Assembly: GCF_963921235.1 (NCBI RefSeq)
Contig: NC_086097.1
Coordinates: forward strand, 242,422,001 to 242,486,000
Origin: Mobula hypostoma
Lineage: Eukaryota
Length of the DNA: 64,000 bases
Direction of reading: 5' to 3'
The notes under the pieces were generated by a model. It was given only the letters and a program-made list of their open reading frames with translations. It made no database searches and was not told the DNA's origin. Position 1 is the stretch's first letter; each line of letters starts with the position of its first letter. Shown here in pieces: positions 25,255 to 39,457 of the stretch. Made by a program: the position numbers and the translations under genes.

Positions 25255-26450
25255 TTTTAGAACAGGACAGTACAGCACTGTAGAAACTCCTCGGCCCATG
25301 ATGTTGTGCTGGCCTAGATGCATGATCCCTCTCTCCTACGAAGCCTATTGCCCTCCATTCTGCTTTCATCCATGTGCCTGTCTGAGTTTTCCTAATGTTT
25401 CAGTCTGAACCACTACCTCCGGCATTATATTCCACACACCCACCACTCTCTGTGTAAGAAACTTGCCTCTGATGTGCCCCCTATACTTCCCTCCAATCAC
25501 CTTAGAATTATCCTCTTTTGTCTTAGCTATTCCCTGTGTAAAAAAAAATCTACCTTTGATATCTCCTGTAAATTTTCCTCCACTCACTTTAAGATTATGC
25601 TGCCTCTTATTAGCCATTGTTGTGCTTGGAAAAAGAAGTCTCTGGCTGACCACTTGATCCATGACTCTTAACATCTTGTACACCTCTCGTTCTTCTTCAC
25701 TCCAAAGAGAGAATTCCGAGCTCACTCAACCTATCCTCAGAAGGCATGGCTGTGACTCAGCCTATACTTATGAGGTATGCTTTCTAATCCAGGTTTATCC
25801 TGGTAAATCTCCACTGCACCCTCTCTAAAGCTTCCACATCCTTCCTGTACTGAGGTGACCAGACCTGAACACAATACTCCCATTGTGGGGTGGAAACTCA
25901 GATGCCTCCCCACAACACTTCCTTCCAATTACCTTAAAGTTATGCCCATTTTGCACCCTAGAAAAAAAAAGTCTCTGACTATCCACTGGATCTAAGCCTC
26001 TTATCATCTTGCACATCTCTATCAAGTCACCTCTCCTCCTCCTTCGCTCCAAAGAGAAAAATCGCAGTTCACTCAACCTATCTTCATAAGACATGATGTC
26101 TAATCCAGGCAACTTCCTGGTAAATCTCCTCTGCACCCTCTCTAAATTCGTAGAGTCATAGAAAAGTAAAGCTAGAAACAGCCCCTTCGGCCCATCTAGT
26201 CCATGCCAAAACTATTTAAACTGCCCACTTCCATTGACCTGTACCGGGGCCATAGCCCCCCCCATACTCCTGCCATCCATATGCCTATCCAGACTTCTGT
26301 TAAACGTTGAAATCAAGTTCACATGCACCACTTGTGCTGGCAGCTCGTTCCACTCTCTCACAAGCCTCTGAGTGAGGACATTTCCCCTCATGTTCCCCTC
26401 AAGCGGGAGTAAACCTTCCAATAATGAGGTGACCAGAACTGAACCCAATA
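25255..26450 (-). mobile_element. Cluster of decayed CR1 3' fragments
   Basis: Repeated RVQRRFTR/RRRGDLIE/TQRVV.WN-type remnants and ctatgactct-type tails. Confidence 0.75.
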
Positions 26451-28309
26451 TTGAAGTGATACATCAGAAAATAATTGTTGTTTAAAGTTTGCTTATGCAG
26501 AATGCATTGTTTCCCTTTCACTGGAAATATTCTTTGTGTTCACATGAATTTAAAGTTTGCAGAAGCTTGCACTCTGGCACTTATTACCCAATTTCTGATT
26601 TATGTGAGAGTGCCTGTTCTGTTTATTAGTTGTGACAAAGTGCGTGCTTTATTCCAGACATAGCTTTGCCTGAGTTCCTGCTGTGGGAACGGCTTTGGTA
26701 GGACGTATCAGACCAAAAGCTGTATACGATCCTGCGGCAAGATAAAATGAGTGGACAGGTCACCCTGAAGTTCTTTTGCAACACTCCGATAACTAACTAA
26801 AGAAAAGCAGTGGTAAAGGGCCGGAGACTTAATTGTGGAGGAAGAGAAAAGGAGTAAATCAAAAAGGAATAATGAATGTCATTGTTTTGTGTAGTAAAGA
26901 GAACCTGCCTGTAATCAAAGAGAATTCATTTAAGTGCCACAATATGTCAGAACCAGAAGGCTAATAAACTGCTGGGGGAGGGTTAGCATGCCTGGCTCTT
27001 ACTCCAACACCGAACTGTTCCCACAACCTGTGGACTCACTTTCAAGGACCCTTCATCTCATATTCTTGATATTTATTGCTTATTTATTATCATAATTTTA
27101 GGTTTTTTTTTCTTTTTATATTTGCAGATTATCTTTTGCACATTGGTTGTTTTATCCACCTTGTGTATAGTTTTTCATTGATTCTGTCGTGGTTCTACTG
27201 TGAATCCCCGCAAGGAAATAAATCCTATGGTTAGTACATCGAGACATACATGTACTTCGATAATAAATTTACTTAAAATTTGAACAATCAATCAATTCTT
27301 AACCAACTGACTAATTTCAAAGCTCTAAGTAAGTTCAGACTCTATTTTCTGAGGTGACAGAGGCTGAGCGAAGATCTCATAGAGGTTTATAAGATTATGA
27401 AAGGCATAGAAAGAGTAGACAGGGGGTATCTTTTCCCAAGGGTTGAAATGGTTGATATTTTGGAGGGCATGTATTTAAGGTGAGAGGGGGTAATTTCAAA
27501 GGAGAGGTGAGGGGCAAGTTGTGGGTGCCTGGAGTACATATATGACACCATATAGATTCACTTTCTTATGAGCATTCACAGTGGAACAAAGAATTACAAT
27601 AGATTAATGAAAAACTACACACAAAGATTGACAAACAACCAATGTGTAAAAGACCTGTGCAAATTCAAAAAAAGAAACAAATAATAAATAAATGGATGAC
27701 ACTGAGAAGATGAGTTATAGAATCCTTAGAAGTGAGCCATAGGTTGTGGAATCTGTTTGGAGTTCAGGTTATCCACACTGGTTCAGGGACCTGATGGTTA
27801 AACTGTTGCTGAACTTGGTGGTGTGGGAGCTAATTTCAAAGTAAATTTATTATCAAAGTATGTGTATTTCACCATCTACACCCCTGAGATTCATTTTCTT
27901 GCGGGCATACTCAGCAAATCTATGGAATAGTAACTATAACAGGATCAATGAAAGATCAACCAGAGTGCAGAAGACAACAAATTGTGCATATGTAAATATA
28001 AATAAATAGCAATAAATAATGAGAACATGAAATAACAGGATAAAGAGTCCTTAAAGTAAGATCATTGGTTGTGGGAACATCTCAATGGATGGGCAAGTGG
28101 GTGTAGTCATCCCTTTTGGGTTAGGGTTGTTACCCAAAGTGTTGCTCATGTAGGACACAATCCTGCTGCCCTCAGCGCACTCTGGTGTGAACAACAGACG
28201 GATGTAAAAGCCCACTAACTGACTTCGTGGTTTCCAGTTTCCTGTTTCCTAAACTCTAGAACCAAAGACAGTGATCAAGATTTTTCTTTGTGTCTTTAGG
28301 TGTATCTTT

Positions 28310-28910
28310 TCTCGGGGTCTTCGTTAGTCAGGGTTAACCATGGATGTTGTGTCCTCGCTGACTATATACTCTGTCCAGGGCAGTACGATATGGAGAGCAA
28401 GGTGTTGCCCATGTAGCGAGCTCCCCCTCCCCCCCCCACAACATGTTTGATGAACCCAAAGGAACGGCAGGCACCAATGCAGTTTGGTACCAGCAGTGTT
28501 GCAGGAGTTGCCGGTTTGCGTTGAACACATTGTAGGACATCCTTAGGGACTCCAGCTCTGGATTTTTCCCTCGGGTTTTACTCCTGAAGCCTCCCCCATG
28601 AGTGGGTAAAGCCTCAAGGCAGCGGGGGTTTGAGATCAGAGTTTGCCTTCTCCTAGATGAGCTGCCAACCACAGCTGATGAACCCTATCTGCCCAGAGCG
28701 ACTGGTTTTAAGGTCAGTTACCAGCCTTTTCCCCTTCTCCTGTTAGCAGAAACAGTTCCGCTGGGCTTAGTAGCTAAGCCACATGTAAAAGCCCAGGAGC
28801 TGGACTTGGTTGTCGGAGGCTAGTTGATATACACGCTATTGGGAACATTTAATAGGTAGTGGGAGCTTGTCCCCATTACCACCCCCCGGCTATAACAACC
28901 TTAAGAAACC
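28310..28910 (-). mobile_element. RTE-related non-coding retroposon, copy A (putative 5' HDV-like ribozyme)
   Basis: Homologous to 47138-47718 and 53206-53755; homology ends at the same GGUUYC on the - strand. Confidence 0.75.
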
Positions 28911-29477
28911 ATCATATCTTTTATTTACCACTCTAAGAGCTCTGAGCGTGGGGTTTCTAAAGCCTTTTGTACACTCATTGTGATCTAAGTTCTCACTTCA
29001 ACGATGTAAAACTGAAAAATGTGTCACTCAAAGAATGCAAATCTTGTGGGTGTCTAACCACAGATTTTGGTGTGGTTACTCACAGGAATTAATACAGCAA
29101 ACAGCTCCTTTTGTTCCTGCATCTGTGACATCTTTACAGTATAGCAGAACACAGAACATTACAACACAGTACAGTCCATTCAGCCCCTAATGTTATGCAA
29201 ACGTTTTAACCTATTCTAAGCATTCCCTCCCATGTGACCTTCCACTTTTGTATCATCCATGTGCTTAAGAGGCTTCTAAATGTCCCTGTTGTTTTAAAGA
29301 TCAAGATTAGCTTTATTTGTCACATTGAAATATCGCAATACAAGTCCTGTAGAACGGTCTGGGCCCGAAACGGTTGTACTCTTTTCCATAAATGCTGCCT
29401 AGCCCCACTGAGTTCCTCTTGTACAGAGGAAATATGTGATTTGTGTCAGCGACCGACACTGTCCAAGTATCTCCTCA

Positions 29478-30215
29478 TGGCCCCAGACAGTCCTTCCAGG
29501 TGAGGCGACACGTCACCTGTGAGTTGGCTGGGGTGATGTACTGTGTCTGGTGCTCCCGATGCGGCCTTCTATATATTGGCGAGACCCGATGCAGGCTGGG
29601 AGAACGTTTCGCTGAACACCTACGCTCTGTCTGCCAGAGAAAGCAGGATCTCCCAATGGCCACACATTTTAATTCCATGTCCTATTCCCATTCTGATATG
29701 TCTATCCACGGCCTCCTCTACTGTAACGATGAAGCCACACTCAGGTTGGAGGAACAACACCTTATATTCCGTCTGGGTAACCTCCAACCTGATGGCATGA
29801 ACGTTGACTTCTCTAACTTCCGCTAATGCCCCACCTCCCTCTCGTACCCCATCCGTTATTTATTATTATTATATATAATTTTTTCTTTCTCTTTTTCTCC
29901 CTCTGTCCTTCTCACTATACTCCTTGCCCATCCTCTGGGATTCCCCGCTCCCCTTTTCTTTCTCCCTACGCCTCGCGTCCTATGATCCTCTCATATCCCT
30001 TTTGCAAATCAACTTTCCAGCTCTTGGCTTCATCCCTACCTCTCCTGTTTTCTCCTATCATTTTGGATCTCCCCCTCCCCCCCCCACTTTCAAATCTCTT
30101 ACTATCCCTTCTTTCAGTTAGTCCTGACGAAGGGTCTCGGCTCGAAACGTTGACTGTACCTCTTCCTAGAGATGCTGCCTGGCCTGCTGCGTTCACCAGC
30201 AACTTTGATGTGTGT
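29478..30215 (+). mobile_element. Penelope-like element 3' part (GIY-YIG and tail)
   Basis: ORF 29443-29826: GVMYCVWCSRCGLLYIGET...EEQHLIFRLGNLQPDGMNVDFSNFR. Confidence 0.9.
30120..30155 (+). ncRNA. Minimal hammerhead motif (GUU site variant)
   Basis: agtc-ctgacga-agggtctcggctc-gaaa-cg-tt^gact. Confidence 0.65.
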
Positions 30216-32974
30216 TACTGTACCAAGTATGTGCTGGGCGCAGCCTGCAAGTGTCACTGTGCTTTCAGAACCAACACAGCGTACTTGCTAACTCTAGCCC
30301 GTTTGTCTTTGGAATATGGGAGGAAACTGGAGTACCTGGAGGAAACCGAGGCGGTCGCAGGGAGAACGTACAAACTCCTTATGGACAGCAGCCAGAATTG
30401 AACCCTGATCGCTGGCGTAGAAATAATGTTACACTGCCATGCACCCTTAGCCTCTACCACCATCCCTGGCAAGTGCAGTCCCTGCACTCACAACAATCTG
30501 TCTGTGTGTAAAAAAGAAAGAAAGGAAGAAACATACCTCTGATATCCTCCCCTATACTTCCCTCCTATCACCTGAAAAGTATGTCCTCTCCTCGAAGATT
30601 GAGGGAAGATTTGATAGGGGTATGGATAGGGTAAATGCAGGCAGGCTTTTTCCAGTTAGGTTGGGTGGGACGACAACCAGAGCTCATGGGTGAAGGGTGA
30701 AAGGTGAAAAGTTAACCAGCGCAAGTGGTGAATGAGGGTTCGATGGCAACATTTAAGAGAAGTTTGGATAAGTAGATGGATGGAAGGGGTATGGAAGGCT
30801 ATGGTCCAGGTGCATGTTGATGGGACCAGCAGAAGGTAGATGGGCTGAAGATCCTGTTTCCCTGCTATGGTGCTCTATGACTATAACTTCTTGGGTTCCC
30901 ATTTCCCTGCTGAGCTAATTTAAACCCTTCTTCAAAGCACTACCAGGGTTGTTGGTGGAGGCAGATACTTCGGGGATATTTGAGAGGTTTGTGAGCTCGA
31001 TTTCAATGTTTAAGAGAAGTTTTGATGGACGGTAGAGGAGTGGAGGTCTATGGTTCTGGTGCAGGTCAATGGGAGTAGGCAGTTTAAATGGTTTTGGCAT
31101 GGACTCGATGGACCGAAGAGCCTGTTTCTGAGCTGTTCTTCTCTATGACAATAAATCTCATATTAGCCATTGCCTTCCTGTCCATGATATTGCACCCAGC
31201 TCTGTGGATCAAAAGCATTATACTTGGATATAAATTACATAGCATGTAAATTGTGTTTGATTTTGTTTTTGTTTGGCAACTAGCTATTTCAGATCTAGTA
31301 CAGTGTAATGAGAAAGGGTTAATTAATGAGCTGATAGTTAAGGGCCTCGAGAAGAATTGACCCTAATACAGTAGAATTCCATAGTGCATATAATTTGAAA
31401 GTGATTTACTTCAGTCTGAAGCAAGTCTTAACAATATATAGCACAAGTGTTAAAGGCATGAAGTGTGATTGTGTTCTGTTGGATTTGGGGAATCAGATAT
31501 CACTTGTGCATGTGGAATGAGTAAAAATTTTTTTTAAAGTACTGAAGTTTACAAACAATACAACCCCTTTTTAGAGGAGAAAAAAAGCAACAAAAGTGAT
31601 CTAGATGTGACTGTAAAGCATAGTTTTTTTTAATATAATTTTTATTGAATTTTCAAAAAGAATACGTGAAAAGATAAAATCTGCCCACCCCCCTCCCCTT
31701 AACCCCCCCCATATATGTAGTCTACCTAAAAGAAAGAAAGAGAAAAAAAAAAGAGCTGCCTGGGTATTGGAAGGTTTCCACATGCTCCATGGGATTCAAA
31801 ATAAATTTGGTATAATTATTCGTTATTTTCCCCAAGTAACCAAAGTCGGAGCACTTAAATATGACATCCTATCTTTTGTAAATTAAAGCATAGTTAAAGG
31901 TATTATCAAATCCCTGCATTGCAGCAGAGCATGATTCCAGTTGGTAGGTTAATTGGTCATTGTAAATTGTCCTGTGACTGGGCTAGGATTAAACTGGGAG
32001 ATTGTTGGACAGCATGCCTCGAAGGGTCGGAATGGCCTATTTGCTGTATCTCTAATAAATGCATAGATAAAGATGGTGCTACTTGCTGGTGGCTAATGAA
32101 ACAAACAAAACAAGTAAAAGCTTCGTTGTTCACACTTTTTCTGGTAAACCGTTGTTGCAAACAGTGTACGGGGTGTGGCATTTTTGTGGTATGGCCGGAA
32201 TCTCGCTGGGGCAGGATGGATGCAGTGTGCCTGTGGCAAGAAAGGAACTGAGGTTTGGTCGATTAGGAACCGAGCCAAATTGGAAAGGTTGAGTACTGGC
32301 CGAATTGAGGTGGCAGAGCCCAAGCCAGAGGGCAAGGAATGACCTGGGGTGTCGGGGTTGAAGGTGAGAGATGGACTGATTCGGCTCACTGCTGTGCGGG
32401 TTTTACTCATCTCTGCTAAACTGAGGCCGTAGCCTGTAACTAGTGGATTTCTGGATCGGCTGCAGTGATGCCTGGCTTTGTGAACTTCAGTTCTGATTGC
32501 TGTTTGCACAATTTGTTTTTTTTTTCTCAGCACACTGGGTGTTTGGTCATCTTATGTTTTTAATGGGTTCTATTGGAGTTCTTTGTTTTGTGACTGCCTG
32601 TAAGGAGATGAACCTCAAGGTTGTATAAAGTATAGACTCTATAAAATATAAAGTGGGTGCGTGGAATGCACTGCCAGCGAAAGTGGTAGAGGCGGATACA
32701 ATTGGATCTTTTAAGAGATTATTAGATAGGTACACGCAGTTTAGGAAAATAGAGGGCTATGCGGTAGGGAAATTCTAGGCAGCTTCTAGAGTAGGTTACA
32801 TGGTCAGCACAACAGTGTGGGCCGAAGGGCCTGTAATGTGCTGCAGATTTTCTGTGTTTCCATGTCTATGCTTCTGTACATACTTTGATAATAAACTGTG
32901 CTTTGAGCTTTTGAACCTTAGTTGTTAGCACGGTCACTTTACAGCACCAGCGTTCAACAGTTGGTTTCTAGACC

Positions 32975-34305
32975 GTAAAACAAAGGAGCAGAAGTCGGCC
33001 ATTCGGCCCATCGAGTCTGCTCCGCCATTTTATCATGAGCTGATCCATTTTCTCCTATTTAGTCCCACTCCCCCGCCTTCTCACCATAACCTTTGATGCC
33101 CTGGCTACTCAGATACCTATCAATCTCTGCCTTAAATACACCCACTGCTGCCCGTGGCAACAAATTCCATAGATTCACCACCCTCTGACTAAAAAAATTG
33201 CTTCGCATTTCTGTTCTGAAAGGGCGCCTTCAATCCTTAAGTTATGCCCTCTCGTACTAGACTCCCCCATCACGGGAAACAACTTTGCCACATCCACTCT
33301 GTCCATGCCTTTTAACATTCGAAATGTTTCTATGAGGTCTCCCCTCATTCTTCTAAACTCCAAGGAATGACAGTCCAAGAGGGGACAAACATTCCTCATA
33401 TGTTAACCCTCTCATTCCCAGAATCATTCTAGTGAATCTTCTCTGCACCCTCTCCAATGTCAGCACATCCTTTCTTAAATAAGGAGACCAAAACTGCCCA
33501 CAGTACTCCAAGTGAGGTCTCACCAGCGCCTTATAGAGAGCCTCAACATCACATCCCTGCTCCTATACTCTATTCCTCTAGAAATGAATGCCAACATTGC
33601 ATTCGTCTTCTTCACTACTGACTCAAACTGGAGGTTAACTTTAAGGGTATCCTGTACGAGGACTCCCAAGTCCCATTGCATCTCAGAACTTTGAATTCTT
33701 TCCCCATTTAAATAATGGTCTGCCCGTTTATTTTTTCTGCCAAAGTGCATAACCATACACTTTCCAACATTGTACTTCATTTGCCACTTCTGTGCCCATT
33801 CTTCCAATCTATCCAAGTCTCTCTGCAGACTCTCCGTTTCCTCAGCACTACCGGCCCCTCCACCTATCTTCGTATCATCAGCAAACTTAGCCACAAAGCC
33901 ATCTATTCCATAATCTAAATCGTTGATGTACAATGTAAAAAGAAGCGGCCCCAACACTGATCCCTGCGGAACACCACTGGTAACCGGCAGCCAACCAGAA
34001 TAGGATCCCTTTATTCCCACTCTCTGTTTCCTGCCAATCAGTCAATGCTCTGTCCACGTATGTAACTTTCCTGTAATTCCATGGGCTTTTGTCTTGTTAA
34101 GTAGCCTCATGTGTGGCACCTTGTCAAAGGCCTTCTGAAAATCCAAATATACAACATCCACTGCATCTCCCTTGTCTAGCCTACTGGTAATTTCCTCAAA
34201 AAATTGTAATAGGTTTGCCAGGCAGGATTTCCCTTTAAGGAATCCATGCTGAGTTATGCCTATCTTGTCATATGCCTCCAAGTACTCTGTAACCTCATCC
34301 TTTAC
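32975..34305 (-). mobile_element. CR1 LINE, RT region and 3' end
   Basis: QHGFLKGKSCLANL, YLDFQKAFDKVPH, SGVPQGSVLGP, KFADDTKIGG. Same subfamily as 53880-55005. Confidence 0.92.
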
Positions 34306-35663
34306 CATTACCATTATATGTAAGGAGTTTGTTCTTTTTCCCCGTGATCATGTTGGATTTCATCTGGGTGCATCAGTTTCCTCCCCGGTATCAGAGATGT
34401 ATGATTAGTTGGTGAGTTACGAGCGTGCCATGTCGACGCTGGAAGTATGGCTGCCCCCAGCACATCCTCAGGTTGTCCTGGTTACGACACATTTCACTGT
34501 ATGTTTCGATGTTTTGATGCAGATGTGACAAATAAAGCTAATCTTTTCCTTTTAATCAGAGCAGAAGGTATAAAATATTGCCAAAAAATGTAGTGAAGCT
34601 GAGGATAAAGATGAAGTTATATCAGCAATTTGTGACCAGGTTTGCAGATGATATGAAGATAGGTGGAGGGGTGAGTAGTGTTGAGGAAGCAGGGAGTCTG
34701 CAGAAGGATTTAGACAGTTTGAGAGAATGGGCAAAAGTGACAGGTGGAACATAGTAACACACATATTGAAATTCCAGCATCTGCAGATCTCCTCATGTTT
34801 GCGAGATGAAATATAGTGTAGGGCCAAGAATCAAACAGCAAGGAAAAGGTAAATTCAGAGTTCAAAGGGAATTTATTATCAAAGTACATATATGTCATCA
34901 TATACAACTGTAAGATTGATTTTCTTGTGGGCATTCACAGTAAATACATAGAAGCACAATAGAATTAACTGCACACAAACAAGACAGGCAAACAATCTGC
35001 CAAAGACTAAAAAACTGTGCAAATACAAAAAGAATAAAAAGAAAATAAAGGAGGAAAAAAAGCAATAAATACCAAGAACATTGGATGAAGAGTCCATGAG
35101 TTGTGGGAACAATTCAGTGTTGGGGTGAGTGAAGTTATCCCCTCTGGTTGAGGGCTACTGACTGTTCCTGAACCTGGTGGTGTGAATCCCGAGGCTCCTG
35201 TGCCTTTTTCCCCGATGGCGGCAGTAAGAAGAGAGCATGGCCAGGATGGTGGGGGTCCTTGACAATGGATGCTACTTTCCTGCAATAGTACTCCATGTAG
35301 ATGTGCTTAATGGTGGGGACATTGTCATTGTGTGATAGATGTTTTAAAATGTGCATAGTGGAAATCAATTGAACCAGAAGGAGACCTGAGTTCATTACAT
35401 ATGTGAACGCATATACCAATCTGTCAGCCGATTAATTTGAGATGTTATGTTGAAGTTGTATAAGAAGTTGGTGAGGCCTAATTTGGAGCATTGTGTGCAC
35501 ATTTGGTCATCTACCTACAGGGAACGTGTAAGTAAGGTTGAAAGAGTACAGACAATATTTACAAGGATATTGCTGGTACCAGGGGACCTGAGTTATAAGG
35601 AAAGATTGAATAGATTAGGACTTTATTCCTTGGAATTTGGAAGGTTGAGAGGAGATTTGATAG

Positions 35664-35850
35664 TCTCTCTGTCTGTCTAGGTACCATATCCGATGCGGAC
35701 TTTGGTGACCATGGTTTTCCATGTAGATCTATCCTTCGTTTTTTGGATGACTTCCATTTCCTCGATGTGTAGCCACCTGGCTATGCTTTTGATGTACATA
35801 CGTCGAGGTCTTCCTCTAGGTTTGCTCCCCTCAATCTTTCCAAAGGGTAT
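35664..35850 (-). mobile_element. RTE LINE extreme 3' end inserted in a CR1 fragment
   Basis: - strand reads GKIEGSKPRGRPRRMYIKSIARWLHIEEMEVIQKTKDRSTWKTMV...* followed by a cagacagagaga tail. 12-bp TSD gagatttgatag at 35652-63 and 35851-62. Confidence 0.8.
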
Positions 35851-38089
35851 GAGATTTGATAGAGGTATACAAAATTAAGAGGGGTACAGTTAGGGTAAGT
35901 GCAAGCAGGTTTTTTCCACTGAGGTTGGGTGGGACTATGACTAGAGGTCACAGATTAAGGGTGAAAGGTGAAAAATTTAAGGAGAGTATGAGGGGGAGCT
36001 TCTTCACTCAGAGGGTCATGAGAGTGTGGAAGGAGTGGCCTGCACAAGTGGTGAAGGTAATTTTGGTTTGAACATTTAAGAGAGGTTTGGATGGGTACAT
36101 GGATGGTGGGGGTGTGGAGGGCTATGGTCCCAGTGCAGGTCGATGGGAGTAGGCAGTTCAAATGGTTCAGTGTAGATTTGATGGGCTGAAGGGCCTGTTT
36201 TTGTGCTAGTTTTCTCTGACTGCATAACTCTAACGAGTGTATGGTTTTATCTGACATCTAAAAAAAAAATAAAACTTAAAAAGGAGACATGAGACACTGC
36301 TGATGCCAGAATGTAGAACAACACAGATTCTGTTGGGGAAAAAGCTTATCAGGTCGAGTGGGAGGAATTAGAATTGAAAATGGTTTATTATTGTTGCATG
36401 TATTGAGATATAATGAAAACTTGTCTGGCATACTGTTACACAGATCAGATCATTACACAGTGCATTGAGATAGAACGGGGTCAGACAATATCAGAATGCA
36501 GAATAAAATGTTACAACTACAGATAAAATGTGTCCCGGTAGACAATGAATTGCAGTGTTGTAACAGGGTAGACAGTGTGGAAAAGATTCCAATGTATTGT
36601 ACTAGGGAGCTTTGGTATCTACTGCCCAATGGAAGAGTCAACATTTTGGTCTGAAATCGCATTTTCATTCCTCTTCAAATTTATGACCCCTCCCCCCCAG
36701 CTTCTCACTTCGTCCCCGCCAACCCACCTTCCCCCTCACTTGGCTTCACCTGTCACCTGCCAGCCTGTTCTCCTTCGCCCACCTCCATCTTCTTATTTTG
36801 CCTTCTGTTCCCTTCCTTTCCTGCTGATTTCCCTCCAGGGGTGCTGCCTTGACCTGCTGAGTTCCTCAGGCATTTTGGGTGTGTAATAGATTGTAATAGA
36901 TTTCCGGCATCTACTGAATCTTTAGGGTCTGTAATCCGCAGACAGTCCCTCCAGCTGGGGCAGCACTTCACCTGTGAGTCTGTTGGGGTCACCTACGATA
37001 TCTGGTGGCTCCCAGTGCGGCCTCCTCTACATCGGGGAGACCCATCGTAGATTGAAGTGCCTCTTCATTATTGAGTGGCTGGATTTGTTTTGCACAGTCA
37101 GATCATATTTAAATAACATAGCCACATTTAGAATTGGTTTGTTATAAGAACATAAGATGTAGGAGCAGAGTTAGGCCATTTGGCCCATCGAGTCCGCTCT
37201 GCCATTTCATCATGGCTGATCCAATTTTCTTCACAGCCCCAGTCTCCTGCCTTCTCCCCGTATCTCTTCATGCCCTGACCAAGAATCTATCAACCTCTGC
37301 CTTAAATATGCCCAATGACTTGGCCTCCACAGCTGCCTGTGGCAACGAATTCCACAGATTCACCAATCTCTGGCTAAAGAAATTCCTTCTCCTCTCCTTT
37401 CTAAAAAGATTCCCTTCTATTCTGGAGGCTGTGTCCTCTGGTCCTATACTCTCCCACCATAGGAAACATCTCCTCCACATCCACACCATCGAGGCCTTTC
37501 AATGAGGTCCTGCTCGTTATACTGGATTCCAGTGAATAGAGGCCCAGAGCCATCAGACAGTCCTCATATGACAAGCCTTTCAATCCTAGTATCATATGTA
37601 CTGAGATACCATGAAAAAAATTGTCTTGCATACTGGTTCTTCAGATAAATTCATTAGATAGTGCATTGAGGTAGAGTAAGGTTTTTAAAAAATGTAACAG
37701 AATGAAGAATGAAGTGTAAAAGCTGCAAAGAAAGTGCAGTGCAGGTAAACAATAAGGTCCAAGATCATAACAAAGTAGATTGAGGTTGGGAGTCCATCAT
37801 CAATGTGTGTAAATTTGTTAACAAAGTACTTAGATGTTCAGTGGCCACTTTATTAGGTACATATTTACATCTGCTCACTAATGCAAATATCTTATCAACA
37901 AATCATGTGGCAGCAACTCAATGCATAAAAGCATGTGCATGGTCAAGAGGTTCAGTTGTCGTTCAGATCAAACATCAGAATGCGGGGAAAAAAAGAAGAT
38001 TTTGACTATGGAATGATTGTTGGTGATAGATGGGGTGGTTTGAGTATCTCAGAATCTGCTGATCTCCTGGGATCCAACAGTCTCTAGAG

Positions 38090-38168
38090 CAGTGGTTCCC
38101 TGTCTTTTTTATGCCGTAGACCAATTCATTAAACAAGGGGTCGATGGATCCCAGGTTGGGGAACTCAG
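38090..38168. mobile_element. ~80-bp hAT-Charlie-type MITE inside a Tc1-derived MITE
   Basis: Perfect 8-bp TSD ctctagag (38082-89 and 38169-76); ends cagtggttccc / ggggaactcag. Related copies at ~58762-58834 and 59390-59468. Confidence 0.8.
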
Positions 38169-39457
38169 CTCTAGAGTTTACAGAGAATGGTGCAAGAACG
38201 AAAAACATCCAGTGAGCAAAAATGTATTGTTAATGAGAGGGGTCAGAGGGGAATGACCAGACTGGTTCAGGGTGACAGTAACTCAAATAACCACATGCTA
38301 CAACAGTGAAGAGCGTCTGTCGAACCTTGAAGTTAATGGGCTACAGCAGCAGAGGACCACGAACATACACTCGTGTCACAGTATGCTACCCTGAGATTCA
38401 TACTCTTGTAGGCATTCACAGTAGAACAAAGAAATACAGTAGAGTCGATGAAAAACTACACGCAAAGACTGGCAAACAACCAATGTGCAAAGGAACACAA
38501 ACTGCAAATAAAAAATACTGAGAACAAAAGTTGTATAGAGTCCTTGAAAGTATGCCTGTAGGTTGTAGGATCATTTCAGAGTGGTGGTGAGTGAAGCTAT
38601 CCGCACCAATTCAGGAGTCTGATTGGAACGTGGTGGTGTGTGACCTGAGGCTCCGGTACCTCCTGCCCAATGTTGGAAGTAGTGAGAAGAGGGCATGGCC
38701 CAGGTGGTGGGGGTCACAGTGTGAATGAAAGGAGAAATAAGTGTGAATATTCCTCATGGTTTTATGTTTTGATAAATTCTTCTTTCACCACTTCAGCATG
38801 GACCTTTCAAAGTGATTTAAAATGAACAAGCATTCAGAATGATGATGGTGCAAAGGAGACAAATCCATATTAATGTTATCAAACATCCTGGCCTTTGTTT
38901 CTAATCGCACCCAGCTTCTGCAGTTTACTAACGCTACTGAAGTTATTGCACTCTTCAGGAAAAATCCAGTGTTTGGCTTTGTACATAACGTTATGTGCAT
39001 CGTGATCCTACAATGGTAAAATGATTGTTCGAAAAGATTAGCTTTATTTGTCATATGTACATGGAAATATTCCATGAAATGTATCCTTTGCGTCAAAACA
39101 AATCAGCCAGGATTGTGCTGGGTAGCTCTCCTGTTTTGCCATGCTTCCCATGCCAACATATCATGCCCAGAACTTATCTTTGGAATGTGGGAGGAAACCA
39201 GAGCATGTAGTGGAAACCCACGCGGTCACGGGGCGAATGTACAAATTCCTTACTGCGGCGGGAATGGAACCCCATTCTTACCTCTGGCGCCTGTATTAGC
39301 CTGACACTAACTCTAACTGCTATGCTACCGTGCTGCGCCAAGGGGAGTATTATGTGTGGAACTGTTTCCCCATTGATTATTTGCTGGGAGTGCCGTCTAC
39401 CGTGTGGGCAGTGAGTCCCTTTTGGAACAGTGAAGTCGGTGATAGTGAGATTATAGT

